Origin: Methanofollis tationis
Lineage (GTDB): Archaea > Halobacteriota > Methanomicrobia > Methanomicrobiales > Methanofollaceae
Length of the DNA stretch: 32,000 nucleotides
Reading direction: 5' to 3'
Assembly (NCBI RefSeq): GCF_013377755.1
Contig: NZ_JABXWR010000001.1
Span: forward strand, 227,104-259,103
Positions 1 through 8,900 of the stretch are shown piece by piece. Each line of letters opens with the position of its first letter. Position 1 is the stretch's first letter. The notes beneath the pieces are model-generated. The model worked only from the letters and a program-made list of their open reading frames with translations, did not search any database and was not told the origin of the DNA. Position numbers and translations under genes: made by a program.

Positions 1-2
1 TC

Positions 3-320
3 CTCGGGCACCCGACCGCCCGCCTCATCGGCCACCGCCCCGGAACAGCGCTCGACATCGGAAGGGTCATCGAGGCGGCGGCCGCGACCGGGACGGCCCT
101 TGAGATCAACGCATCGCCGGCGCGGATGGATCTGGATGATATTTATATCAGGCAGGCAAAAGAAAGGGGCGTGATACTTGCGATCGGGACCGACACGCAC
201 CGAAAGCCTGAATTTGCCCATATGAGATATGGCGTCGCCCTGGCCCGCCGGGGATGGTGCGGGCCCAATGACGTCCTCAACACCCGCACTGCCGACGCCC
301 TCCTGGAGAGGCGGAGATGA
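3..320 (+). CDS. PHP-domain phosphoesterase, C-terminal part (PolX-type PHP domain); 5' end lies outside the window
   Basis: The frame is open from the window start. The translation LGHPTARLIG...TALEINASPARMDLDD...AIGTDTH...ARRGW follows the usual pattern of PHP/PolX C-termini. The stop overlaps the next start (ATGA). Confidence 0.55.
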   Translation, partial: LGHPTARLIGHRPGTALDIGRVIEAAAATGTALEINASPARMDLDDIYIRQAKERGVILAIGTDTHRKPEFAHMRYGVALARRGWCGPNDVLNTRTADALLERRR

Positions 321-907
321 TCCGCTGGTTTTATGAACGGAGGCTGCAACGCAGCCTCACCGTCCTTCCCCGAGAGATCTGTTTCATGATCACCGAGGAG
401 GATATGATCGAGGCCCCGCAGAAGATCGTCGAGGTGGCCGGGTGGTGCAGGGACGCCGGGCTTGAGGCCGCAACCTTTCATATCTCCACCGACGACCCCG
501 GCCGGATCGCACCCTGTCTGCCGGAGATCAGAAAGATCGCCTCCATCGGCAGGCTCAACCTCCATATCGGTGACCGGATCGAGACGACGGGAGAGGGGAT
601 GAACGTCATCGTCGCCGTCGGCAAGAGCGGAAGGGAAGAGATCGCCGCATGCATCAGAAATATCGCCGCAGAGGAGATCTGTGCCGACGAGATCGACGAG
701 GCGGTGATCGAACGGCACCTCACCTTCAGGTGCGCCCCTGACCTGGTGATCAAGACCGGCGGCAACTATCTCACCGATTTTCTCATCTGGCAGTCGGTCT
801 ACTCGGAGTTTTTCTTCCTGGACGTGAACTGGACGTTGTTCAGGAAGATCGATTTTCTCAGGGCACTGAGAGACTTCGGGGCAAGAAAAAGACGTTTTGG
901 GGCCTGA
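317..907 (+). CDS. UppS-like cis-prenyltransferase-family paralog lacking the N-terminal catalytic motif
   Basis: The C-terminus PDLVIKTGGNYLTDFLIWQSVYSEFFFLDVNW..F....FLRAL..F..RKRRFG matches the conserved UppS C-terminal pattern. Where UppS has HxAIIxDGNRR, this ORF has PREICFMITEEDM. Confidence 0.55.
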   Translation: MIRWFYERRLQRSLTVLPREICFMITEEDMIEAPQKIVEVAGWCRDAGLEAATFHISTDDPGRIAPCLPEIRKIASIGRLNLHIGDRIETTGEGMNVIVAVGKSGREEIAACIRNIAAEEICADEIDEAVIERHLTFRCAPDLVIKTGGNYLTDFLIWQSVYSEFFFLDVNWTLFRKIDFLRALRDFGARKRRFGA

Positions 908-913
908 TGACCC

Positions 914-1678
914 CTATTCTCCGGCACGGATCCGCTGGTCATAGAGGCGTATCGCCCGCAGGAGATCGATCTTCCTGAAGAGCGGCCAGTACGGCGCACA
1001 GAAATAGACGGCACACTCGTTTCCGTTTGCCATCCAGGGCAGGAAGTTCGAGGTGCGCCGCTCGTTCCCGGTCCTGATGATCAGGTCGACCGGGGGGAGA
1101 TGAAGGCCCTCGTACAGGTAGTTCTCGACCGTACGCGGCGTGATCTCGTCAGGGGCGATTGAACCCTCGCGGACGCCGGCGACGACCCGCCTGGCGGCAT
1201 GGACCAGCTCGTTCCTGCCCCCGTAGGCAAGGGCGATGTTGAGGAAGAAGCGGCTGTAGTGGCGGGTGGCTTCTTCGGCGGCTTCGATCGTCTCAAGAAG
1301 GTCTGGAGGGAGCATCGATCGGTCGCCGATCATCTGGACCCTGATCTGATTTGCGTGGACCCGCTCGTCGCTGAGAACGCCGATGAACTTTTCCTTGAAG
1401 ATATCGAAGAGGTAGTTGACCTCACCCTCGTCACGGTTGAAGTTCTCGGTGGAGAAGGAGTAGAGCGTGATCGTCCTGATCCCGAGATCCTTTGCCCATT
1501 CCAGCACCTGCTGGGTCGTTTCGGCGCCTGCACGATGGCCCTCGATCGTTCCGACACCGAGGAGACGGGCATACCTGCGGTTGCCGTCCTGAATGATGGC
1601 GATGTGGCCGGGGATATGTTTGCACTGCCACTGCAGGTAGCGCTCGTAGAGCGGATCGATCCGGTCTCTGATCCTCAG
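914..1678 (-). CDS. uppS: cis-prenyl (undecaprenyl-type) diphosphate synthase; start codon uncertain
   Basis: Hand translation upstream of the tracked ORF gives PLYERYLQWQCKHIPGHIAIIQDGNRRYARLLG, followed by LEWAKDLGIRTITLYSFSTENFNR...LIIRTGNERRTSNFLPW. No ATG, GTG or TTG lies in frame upstream of the catalytic motif. The 1678 end assumes the CTG that overlaps the radical SAM stop. Confidence 0.75.
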   Translation of the reverse strand: MRIRDRIDPLYERYLQWQCKHIPGHIAIIQDGNRRYARLLGVGTIEGHRAGAETTQQVLEWAKDLGIRTITLYSFSTENFNRDEGEVNYLFDIFKEKFIGVLSDERVHANQIRVQMIGDRSMLPPDLLETIEAAEEATRHYSRFFLNIALAYGGRNELVHAARRVVAGVREGSIAPDEITPRTVENYLYEGLHLPPVDLIIRTGNERRTSNFLPWMANGNECAVYFCAPYWPLFRKIDLLRAIRLYDQRIRAGE

Positions 1679-2676
1679 AGCGGGGTCACCTCCAGGATGA
1701 TCCCCCCATTGGGGTAGCGCTCGATCACGGACTTTTTACCGGGGAGTTCATCTTTCAATTCGGCAAGCACCCACCAGGCCATCTCAACCTGATTACCAGA
1801 GACCTCGATATCATAAATATGTTCGCGGAGGACCGTCGGCAGGGTGTCGTCTTCCAGTTCGAGGAACCCGTAGACGATGGTGCCATCCTCGGTGATCTCG
1901 TCGAAGGGGCGGGCGGTGTTCTCGGCGATGCGCCGAAGCCGCTCGCGCAGCTGGACCGAGTCCTTGAACCCGGACGAGCAGAAGTGCACCTTCGGGTCGT
2001 CGAGAAGGGGCTCTGCCAGCGCCGCAGCGCCGCCGACGGCGTTGTGAAGGCCGTCCTCAAGGTCGAGGCCACGCAGACGCATCGCTTCGGCGTTTGTCTC
2101 GCTCCACTCGAGTTCGTTGATGTTGAGGAAGTCGAGGTCTGGAAGGATCACTCGAAGGGCCTCGATGCCGGGCAGGGAGGGCACCTCGATCCCGATCGAG
2201 AACCCGAGGCGGCGGGCAGTCTCGACCGAGCGGGCATAGGGAGAATCCAGGATGCGACCCCAGATCTCCTGCGGCGGGTGGAGACGGATCTCGTCGACAA
2301 GCCCGCGGAGCGGGAGCAGCTGCGTTTCTGTCGGTGCGATCCCGGTGTAGAGGTGGATGTGGTGGTCGGGTCCGAAGTGCTCCTTGAGGAGACGGCAGGC
2401 GCTGACGACCACGTCGAGCACCAGGAAGGGTTCGCCCCCGGTGATGCTGCTCCCGAGAGCGCTCATCATCTCGGCCTCCTCGATGATGTCATCCGGCGAC
2501 GTCACCACGCGGTCGTTTGCATAGACCAGATCGCCATTCCGCCGCTTCTCAGAGATGGGGCAGTACCAGCAGTCCCGCCCGCACCTGCCGGTCACAAAAA
2601 GAACCATCTTGGCGCCCTCATAACAGAGGACGCAGCCCCGCGCCAGACGGGATGTGCTGCCTGTGATTTCGGACAC
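1675..2676 (-). CDS. radical SAM protein
   Basis: A 333-aa ORF with the CxxxCxxC cluster motif (CGRDCWYC) near the N-terminus. Its stop overlaps the uppS 5' region. Confidence 0.7.
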   Translation of the reverse strand: MSEITGSTSRLARGCVLCYEGAKMVLFVTGRCGRDCWYCPISEKRRNGDLVYANDRVVTSPDDIIEEAEMMSALGSSITGGEPFLVLDVVVSACRLLKEHFGPDHHIHLYTGIAPTETQLLPLRGLVDEIRLHPPQEIWGRILDSPYARSVETARRLGFSIGIEVPSLPGIEALRVILPDLDFLNINELEWSETNAEAMRLRGLDLEDGLHNAVGGAAALAEPLLDDPKVHFCSSGFKDSVQLRERLRRIAENTARPFDEITEDGTIVYGFLELEDDTLPTVLREHIYDIEVSGNQVEMAWWVLAELKDELPGKKSVIERYPNGGIILEVTPL

Positions 2677-2767
2677 GTCAAAATTCCCCGCTATTTTATC
2701 TTCCTATATTTATGAACCGGTGATTTCTTAACATTATGCACATCTGCAGGGGCGTACATTCTGAAAG

Positions 2768-2780
2768 GAATATATAGAGC
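2768..2780 (+). promoter_or_regulatory. candidate archaeal TATA box for the pilin-like gene cluster
   Basis: The AT-rich ggaatatatagag lies about 25-30 nt upstream of the ATG at 2803, in an otherwise GC-rich context. Confidence 0.3.
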
Positions 2781-2802
2781 CCGAGAAAAAAACTCCGGTA
2801 CA

Positions 2803-3705
2803 ATGCCTGCCGCCCGGAACGAAGAAGGTCTCTCCGAGGTCGTCGGATTCGTGCTCCTTCTGGGAGTGCTCGTCATGGCGCTCTCCGTCTACCAGATCTA
2901 TGCCGTGCCGGCAGAGGGGCGGGCGAACGAGATCGGGCATATGAACATGGTGAAGGACCGGTTCATCGACTACAAGATCGCCCTCGATTCGCTCTGGGTG
3001 AACAAAAATAACGTGACCGGCGTCACCCTCTCGACGGCCTTCGACCTCGGCACCGGGTCGGCGGCGACGGAAGGAGGAGGGCTTTCCCTCCCGATCCTCA
3101 GCCCGGCCGGGTCGTCCGGAGCGGTGAGCGTCAGGTCAGGCGGGGCGGTCCTGACGATCACGACCCCGAACAATGCAACAGAGATCCCGCTCGGCAGTCT
3201 CCAGTATGTTTCCGGGAACAACTACTGGGTGGACCAGACCTGGACCTACCAGATGGGCGGAGTCTTCCTCACCCAGAGCGGCGGGACGACGGTGCGGGCG
3301 TCACCGTCCCTCTCGGTTTACAATGTCAGCGGCAACGCCTCGGTGTGCATCGCCCCGGTGAACATCACCGGATCGGCCCTCCTGGCCGGGTCAGGGCCGG
3401 TGCGGATCGAAACAAGGCTGCGTGACATGCCGCCCTATGCAAACCTCACCGGCACCTTCGCCTGGGTGAAGATCTCGATCGAGGCGGGCGACGAGGGCAT
3501 GGCGCGGGCATGGGAGCGGGCGTTTAAGGAGGCAGCACTGCGCGAGGGGATCGACCCTTCATGGTATGCAGTCGGAAGAGCCTCAGAAACGGCATATATG
3601 AACATCACCGGCCGGTATACGGGCGCCACAGGAGATGTCACCCTCAGGACGGTGCGGGCCGACTACCTGGTGAGTATCGCAACGGCAGCATCATTGATCG
3701 AGTGA
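2803..3705 (+). CDS. archaeal type IV pilin-like protein (class III signal peptide)
   Basis: The N-terminus MPAARNEEGLSEVVGFVLLLGVLVMALSV has a charged leader, then G-x-SEV-x-G, then a hydrophobic helix. It is followed by a Thr/Ser/Gly-rich body with several N-x-S/T sequons. Confidence 0.6.
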   Translation: MPAARNEEGLSEVVGFVLLLGVLVMALSVYQIYAVPAEGRANEIGHMNMVKDRFIDYKIALDSLWVNKNNVTGVTLSTAFDLGTGSAATEGGGLSLPILSPAGSSGAVSVRSGGAVLTITTPNNATEIPLGSLQYVSGNNYWVDQTWTYQMGGVFLTQSGGTTVRASPSLSVYNVSGNASVCIAPVNITGSALLAGSGPVRIETRLRDMPPYANLTGTFAWVKISIEAGDEGMARAWERAFKEAALREGIDPSWYAVGRASETAYMNITGRYTGATGDVTLRTVRADYLVSIATAASLIE

Positions 3706-3706
3706 G

Positions 3707-4567
3707 GTGAAGACGATGAAAATGATAGACGAACAGGGCGTCTCCGAGGTAATCGGGGCCGTCCTCCTGGTATCGCTGGCGGTGCTCGGGGTGGCGATCG
3801 TGGCGGTGGCGCTCTTCTCCCAGCCCCCGCCCTCAGAGATCCCGCACGTGAGCGTGGTAGCGGGAACGACGGCCGACAACACCACCTTTGTGCTTCTCCA
3901 TGAAGGCGGCGACGCCCTCGCCGCGGGGAACTACCGGATCTACGTGGACAATGGCAGCGGGCTTGTGGACCGGACCACCGAGTTCTCCCTTGCTGGCGAT
4001 GATATCTGGTCGATCGGGGAGAACCTCACCTACACGGGCGGCGGCACGCCCGAACGGGTCGTCATCTCGGTCGTCGATTCGGGCGGCGGCGAGACGGTGA
4101 TCGCCGAACCCTATGGGTTTGGAGTGGCGGCGGCAGGGGCATATGCGGATGCCGGGGGGTCAGGATCCGTGACACCGGTGGTGACGGTGACGCCGGGGCC
4201 TACACCGACGCCTGAACCTTCCATTATCATTATTGAACCTCCTATTGGCGATCCATTTAATCTCACAGCAAAAGAACAAGGAAATGGGAGATCCATTAAA
4301 GGAACCGTCGAAGGAAACATCACCAGTGAGGATGTGACGCGTGTCGACCTCGTGATATACCCCTATAATGATCCATCGGGCAGCGGAACAAAAGAGGTGA
4401 CGATCTATCGAGATGTGGCAGAGGGCAGGGGGATATTCTCGCAAGAAATCACCTTCACCGGCAACACCATCAACGACGGCGATCCCATCACCCTTGTATT
4501 TCTTCTTTATAATGACACCAGCCTCCTCGGCGTCGATGCATTGAAAACAGAGGCACATATCGTGTAA
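3707..4567 (+). CDS. archaeal type IV pilin-like protein (DUF1628-type N-terminus)
   Basis: The N-terminus MKTMKMIDEQGVSEVIGAVLLVSLAVLGVAIVAVALF is the canonical pilin or archaellin-like pattern. The tracked start is GTG, with an ATG 3 codons downstream. A gaggtga sequence lies just upstream. Confidence 0.7.
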   Translation: MKTMKMIDEQGVSEVIGAVLLVSLAVLGVAIVAVALFSQPPPSEIPHVSVVAGTTADNTTFVLLHEGGDALAAGNYRIYVDNGSGLVDRTTEFSLAGDDIWSIGENLTYTGGGTPERVVISVVDSGGGETVIAEPYGFGVAAAGAYADAGGSGSVTPVVTVTPGPTPTPEPSIIIIEPPIGDPFNLTAKEQGNGRSIKGTVEGNITSEDVTRVDLVIYPYNDPSGSGTKEVTIYRDVAEGRGIFSQEITFTGNTINDGDPITLVFLLYNDTSLLGVDALKTEAHIV

Positions 4568-4604
4568 GTAACTCTGAACCACCATCAGATATCAGAGCTG
4601 GAAG

Positions 4605-5951
4605 ATGATGATTCAAAAAAAACAGGATGACAATACCACCGCTGCCAGCGAGATCATCGCCGTCGTGATCCTCATCGCCATCTTTGCGGTGGCGGTGGGG
4701 ATCGTCGGCGTCGTCATGCTCTCGAACCCGCCGGGGGACGCGGCCCCGGCAATGCTTGCCCATGTCGATGAGGAGAACGGGAGCACCTACCTCTACCACG
4801 ACGGCGGCGACCCCCTCGAGCGAGGGCGCTTTGCAGTCATCGTCGACGGTATCGATCGGACGGGCGAGGCCACCCTCTACAGCCCGTTGGGCGATGAATC
4901 TTCAGACTGGACGACATGGGGAACCGGGCAGGCCCTCGTCCTTCCAGGTGTCTCTTCAACGTCAAGGATCATGATCGTCGCCGCCGGCGTCGGCCAGAGC
5001 GGCTCGGAATGGCTCCTCTACGAGAACGGCACGGCAGGGACACCGACGCCCACCATCGTGGTGCCCGTGAACAGGTCCTTCATCAATTTTGTCATCGACG
5101 AGAATGTCTTCGTCTACGGCAACGTCCTCAGTTTCAGCGGGAACACCGTCACAGGGCCGGGAGCAACGGTCGTTATTACTGGAGGACTTGTTACATCGGA
5201 TCTCAATGGCGGCACCTCCATCTCCGTCTCAGAGATCTATATCGACGGCGATGTTACCCTGGACGGAGGGAGTGCCGGCCTTGGATCGGCAACTGAACCT
5301 GGAAATATCTATGTCAATGGCGATCTGACGCTCGGAAGCGGCAGCAGAAACATCTACGGCGATACGTACGTCGCCGGCAACTTCTTCCTCAAAGACGCGA
5401 GAATACACGGTAATGTGTACGTCGACGGGGATCTGACCCTGAACTGGACGCCATGGCTTGTCGATGATGCACGGATCTATTACACCGGTAAGATAGAGCA
5501 CCCCAATTACTACGACGAAGAGATCCTTAAAAAATGCGTCCACCAGGCGACGGTGCCGGGGGTCGATATACCAGATCAGGGAATCGCGCCAACAAAGCCG
5601 GCAGAGTGGTATGCAGAACGGGGATATGTCTCAGGCGGGGCCCTGACGGACGGGATAAGGATCTATGCCGACAGTTACGATGCCCCTGGCTACTCACCAC
5701 CGACCTGGAGTTCTACCGCAAACAACATAGTCATCATCGCACGCTCCGGAGATATAACCCTGAAAAATATGGGAGACCGGCGCGTTACCGGTGTATTCTA
5801 CGCACCCAATGGAAAGGTAACATTTGAGGGGACATCCCTAGAGGGAGTCGTGATCGCTCGCGACGGCTTCTTCGTCACGAGCGGTGGAACGACGGTCGTC
5901 TTCAGGAATATCGAGGAATATATCAGCAACCCGGACGACTATCCCTTCTGA
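4605..5951 (+). CDS. large type IV pilin-like protein with a beta-helix-like repeat region
   Basis: The N-terminus ...DDNTTAASEIIAVVILIAIFAVAVGIVGVVML is pilin-like. The middle has a repeated (V/I)x(G/D)(N/D)hxh pattern (VYGNVLSFSGNTVTG...IYIDGDVTLDGG...IYVNGDLTLGSG...VYVDGDLTL). Confidence 0.6.
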   Translation: MMIQKKQDDNTTAASEIIAVVILIAIFAVAVGIVGVVMLSNPPGDAAPAMLAHVDEENGSTYLYHDGGDPLERGRFAVIVDGIDRTGEATLYSPLGDESSDWTTWGTGQALVLPGVSSTSRIMIVAAGVGQSGSEWLLYENGTAGTPTPTIVVPVNRSFINFVIDENVFVYGNVLSFSGNTVTGPGATVVITGGLVTSDLNGGTSISVSEIYIDGDVTLDGGSAGLGSATEPGNIYVNGDLTLGSGSRNIYGDTYVAGNFFLKDARIHGNVYVDGDLTLNWTPWLVDDARIYYTGKIEHPNYYDEEILKKCVHQATVPGVDIPDQGIAPTKPAEWYAERGYVSGGALTDGIRIYADSYDAPGYSPPTWSSTANNIVIIARSGDITLKNMGDRRVTGVFYAPNGKVTFEGTSLEGVVIARDGFFVTSGGTTVVFRNIEEYISNPDDYPF

Positions 5952-6095
5952 TCGGCGGGAACAGACTGGACCACAACCCGATCAGACAGAACAGGCATGA
6001 GAGAATTGCGATTAACTCCTCCCTGCCATCAGATACTCGCTCCCGACTGCCCTCTTCCCCTCGCTGTTCAGCCGTTTCCTTCCTGAACCCCTGCA

Positions 6096-7143
6096 TTTAG
6101 AGGGTTTTTTGGATTTTCTCGAGAGCTATCGCTCGGCAGCTTGCGCTTTGAGGGTAAGAAGTTGCCTGAAGTTGAAATTCATGCAGGAGAAGATGTTCTT
6201 GACGTGCACTCTGGCAACCGTCGTGACCATGAGGTGGCCTGCATGGAACACCCGCTTGATCACGGCAAACGGTCGTTCCACCAGCGATCGTGTTCTGCTG
6301 ATGGCCTTGTTCCGCCGGTTCTCCTTGATGGAGAGGGGATGGTTGCGAACGGCCCGGTGCATGGTCTTGTCCATAGATGCCTGCGGTTTCACCCCAAAAT
6401 AGCCTTTATCGCGATAGACCGTCTCACCTTCCCGGGAGAGATCGATCCTGCTGTCATGGAGTGACGCCGTGGTGGTCTCAATCCGGCGGATCAGCTGACT
6501 GTCCTTGTCGAGCAGGATGTGAAGTTTGTACCCGAACTGTGACTTCGAGCCCTTCTTGGCCCAGGTGCCGTCGCGGCTGCGCCGCGTCTCTGCCTGATCT
6601 CCCCGGGGCGTGCCGGCAGGAGCATGCCCGGGATCGGCGGTGATGAACGTCGCGTCCTGCATGACACCGCGTTTGATGGCGAGCCCTTGTACTTCGAGTT
6701 GCCGCTGGAACTCATCCCAGATCGCGGTATCCTTCCCGGTTTGCGCCAAGCGTTCCCGGAACAGCCAGACCGTCGACCGATCCGGAATGGTTTCCGGATA
6801 TCCCAGGAAGTGACGGAACGAGATCCGGTCGGTCGCCTGACGCTCCAGTTCGGGGTCAGACAGGCCATACCACTGCTGAAGCACCAGCAGCCGGATCATC
6901 AGAACGACGTCATAGTTCGGACGGCCGCCTCGCCCCTCGGCGTTGGTGTAGAGGTCAGCAAGGAGAGGGCGGAAGGCATCCCAGTCGATCAGACCGCTGA
7001 CCTCACCCAGCCGATCACCCAGAGCTGCAAGGCTGGCATATTCGTGGTGGATCGCGAAATTGGTAAACGTGCTCATGGGAAAAAGGTCGATCCGGGACTA
7101 TAAAGTACTTTGGGTGAGGTGGGGTTGTTCGAAATTCTCTAAA
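6096..7143 (-). mobile_element. IS5-family insertion sequence (boundaries approximate)
   Basis: A single transposase ORF flanked by short inverted termini: tttagag at 6096-6102 and ctctaaa at 7137-7143. No target duplication could be confirmed. Confidence 0.5.
6126..7076 (-). CDS. IS5-family DDE transposase
   Basis: A 316-aa ORF with DRISFRHFLG...PDRSTVWLFRERL...MQDATFITADPG...YKLHILLD...DKGY, the typical IS5-group pattern. Confidence 0.75.
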   Translation of the reverse strand: MSTFTNFAIHHEYASLAALGDRLGEVSGLIDWDAFRPLLADLYTNAEGRGGRPNYDVVLMIRLLVLQQWYGLSDPELERQATDRISFRHFLGYPETIPDRSTVWLFRERLAQTGKDTAIWDEFQRQLEVQGLAIKRGVMQDATFITADPGHAPAGTPRGDQAETRRSRDGTWAKKGSKSQFGYKLHILLDKDSQLIRRIETTTASLHDSRIDLSREGETVYRDKGYFGVKPQASMDKTMHRAVRNHPLSIKENRRNKAISRTRSLVERPFAVIKRVFHAGHLMVTTVARVHVKNIFSCMNFNFRQLLTLKAQAAER

Positions 7144-7257
7144 GATATTTCAGAGGAATTTTCGCTCTATCCTGCCTGAAAATCGACAGATTCGTCAGAA
7201 ACCCTTTTTATTCATCAGTCCGCTGAATATTCGCCGAGCGTCCTGACTTCCCGAAAA

Positions 7258-8838
7258 TTAAGCACATAGTCCCAACCTCTCAAGGATCGCCCTCTGCCTC
7301 CGCGAAATCTCCGTCACCATGATCTCGCCATTGGCAAGCTTGATCTTCTTGATCTTGGCCAGTTCCAGCAGCATCCCCTCAAGCGTATAGTCCTCCATCA
7401 GCCCCGTTTCCTTCATCCACTTCAACAACCGCATCCTCAGGATCAGGCTGATGAAGGTCACAAACAGAAATCCCTTCATCGAAGACTCGTTCTTCGCGTT
7501 GAGGGGCATCACCTGAATGTCCTGTTTCAACGTTCGGAACGCCTTCTCCACCGCGTCGCGCTCCCGGTACACCGTGAGACATTCCTGCCAGTCGAGCGAA
7601 CTGTGGGCGAGGATGATCTGTTTTCCCATTCGGTTTACCCGCTGCGAGACCGCATTCTTCCGGATCTCAACCTGGAATCGGTTGTCGACCACCTGCCATG
7701 AAAAGTAGTTCGCCATCTTTCCCGCCCGCTCCTTGAATACTTCTTCAGGCCTGCGCCACCCGGGAATCCGACTCGATTCGAGTTTCGCTTTAAGGTCATG
7801 CAGGCGAATGTAGAACAGGTTGCGTTCCGTCTGCTCTCGTTTCAGATCATAATAGCAGAATCCAAAAACCACACTTCCCTGAATCGTCAGGGTAACGGGT
7901 TTCACGAAGATCGGATCCTGCTGATATATCTGCAGGTACTGCGGGCTTTCGAGATCCCGCTGTGCTTCCGTCAGCACTTCCTTCACCTGTTTGAGGGTGA
8001 GTGGGGCTGGAATGACAAAGGATATCTCTTCCTGAAGGAGTTCCTCCAGGTTTCCCTGGCTGAAAAATCCGCGATCCAGGACCATGGTATAATTGTGGAT
8101 GCCATGCGCGCCGAGCCTGTGGACGGTGTTCTTCAGCGTGACAACGTCGACGATGCTGCCGGGATAGATATCGTACATGACCGGAATCGCGTGCTCGGTG
8201 TCGAAGATGAGCGAGAAGTTGATCTGCGGCAGATCGAGGCCGTCCCGATTATAGCCGTGTTCGAGGAGCGGGATGAGCCGAGAGTAACTGGACAGGCTGG
8301 TGATGTCGTAGATCAGGGTTGAGTCGGTACCGATGCCCCTGAGGAGAGACGTCATGAATGCGTCGGGGACGCCGCTTTCACCGATCTCGGAGAGGAGTTC
8401 GCTGATCCGCTGGCTGGAGAGGGGGAGGTCCGGGTGTGTCAGGAAGAGGGAGGTATCTTCGTACCACGACGAGATGAGGTGCATGGCCATCGGCCGCACG
8501 ACCCGGTTCATGGAGAGCGCTAAAATGACGTTTGTTTCGATCTCGCTTGTCAATGATGAGAGGTACTCATCCAGGTGAAGATCCTTGATGATTGCCAGGA
8601 GAGGCAGAAAAGGACCGTGAGAATAGGCGTTTGTGGGGACGGAGGCGATGGATGCACCGGCGGGTTCGGTCCGTACTTTGACGGGTTTTCCGTCGATGTT
8701 TTTCCCGAGATATCGGGATTTGTGCCGGATCTGCTTTGTTTCGGGGTCGTAGTAGGGGGTGTCTTCGTACCAGTATTCCTTCCCTTTGATACGTTTGATC
8801 CGGATGAGGGGTTTCATATGCTTAATGGATAAGCGCAT
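7258..8838 (-). CDS. IS1634-family (IS4-like) transposase
   Basis: A 526-aa ORF with an N-terminus IKRIKGKEYWYEDTPYYDPETKQIRHKSRYLGK and a C-terminal YRERDAVEKAFRTLKQD motif, both typical of IS1634-type transposases. Element ends could not be defined. Confidence 0.6.
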   Translation of the reverse strand: MRLSIKHMKPLIRIKRIKGKEYWYEDTPYYDPETKQIRHKSRYLGKNIDGKPVKVRTEPAGASIASVPTNAYSHGPFLPLLAIIKDLHLDEYLSSLTSEIETNVILALSMNRVVRPMAMHLISSWYEDTSLFLTHPDLPLSSQRISELLSEIGESGVPDAFMTSLLRGIGTDSTLIYDITSLSSYSRLIPLLEHGYNRDGLDLPQINFSLIFDTEHAIPVMYDIYPGSIVDVVTLKNTVHRLGAHGIHNYTMVLDRGFFSQGNLEELLQEEISFVIPAPLTLKQVKEVLTEAQRDLESPQYLQIYQQDPIFVKPVTLTIQGSVVFGFCYYDLKREQTERNLFYIRLHDLKAKLESSRIPGWRRPEEVFKERAGKMANYFSWQVVDNRFQVEIRKNAVSQRVNRMGKQIILAHSSLDWQECLTVYRERDAVEKAFRTLKQDIQVMPLNAKNESSMKGFLFVTFISLILRMRLLKWMKETGLMEDYTLEGMLLELAKIKKIKLANGEIMVTEISRRQRAILERLGLCA

Positions 8839-8900
8839 TAAAAATATTAAAATCTTTTGATTGGTGGGGAGAACGGAGAATGGGGGAGTTAAAATACAAT

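Noticed and set aside
5951-6095. A possible terminator hairpin after the third pilin-like gene (ctgatcgg...ccgatcag) and the following intergenic stretch.
   Set aside because: The stem arms are separated by a long loop of about 22 nt, and no oligo-T tract follows. It cannot be supported as a terminator from sequence alone.
7110-8875. ggtgaggtgggg (about 7113) and ttggtgggga (about 8862) as possible terminal repeats of the IS1634-like element.
   Set aside because: They are in direct rather than inverted orientation, and the shared core is only about 7 nt. This is insufficient to define element ends.
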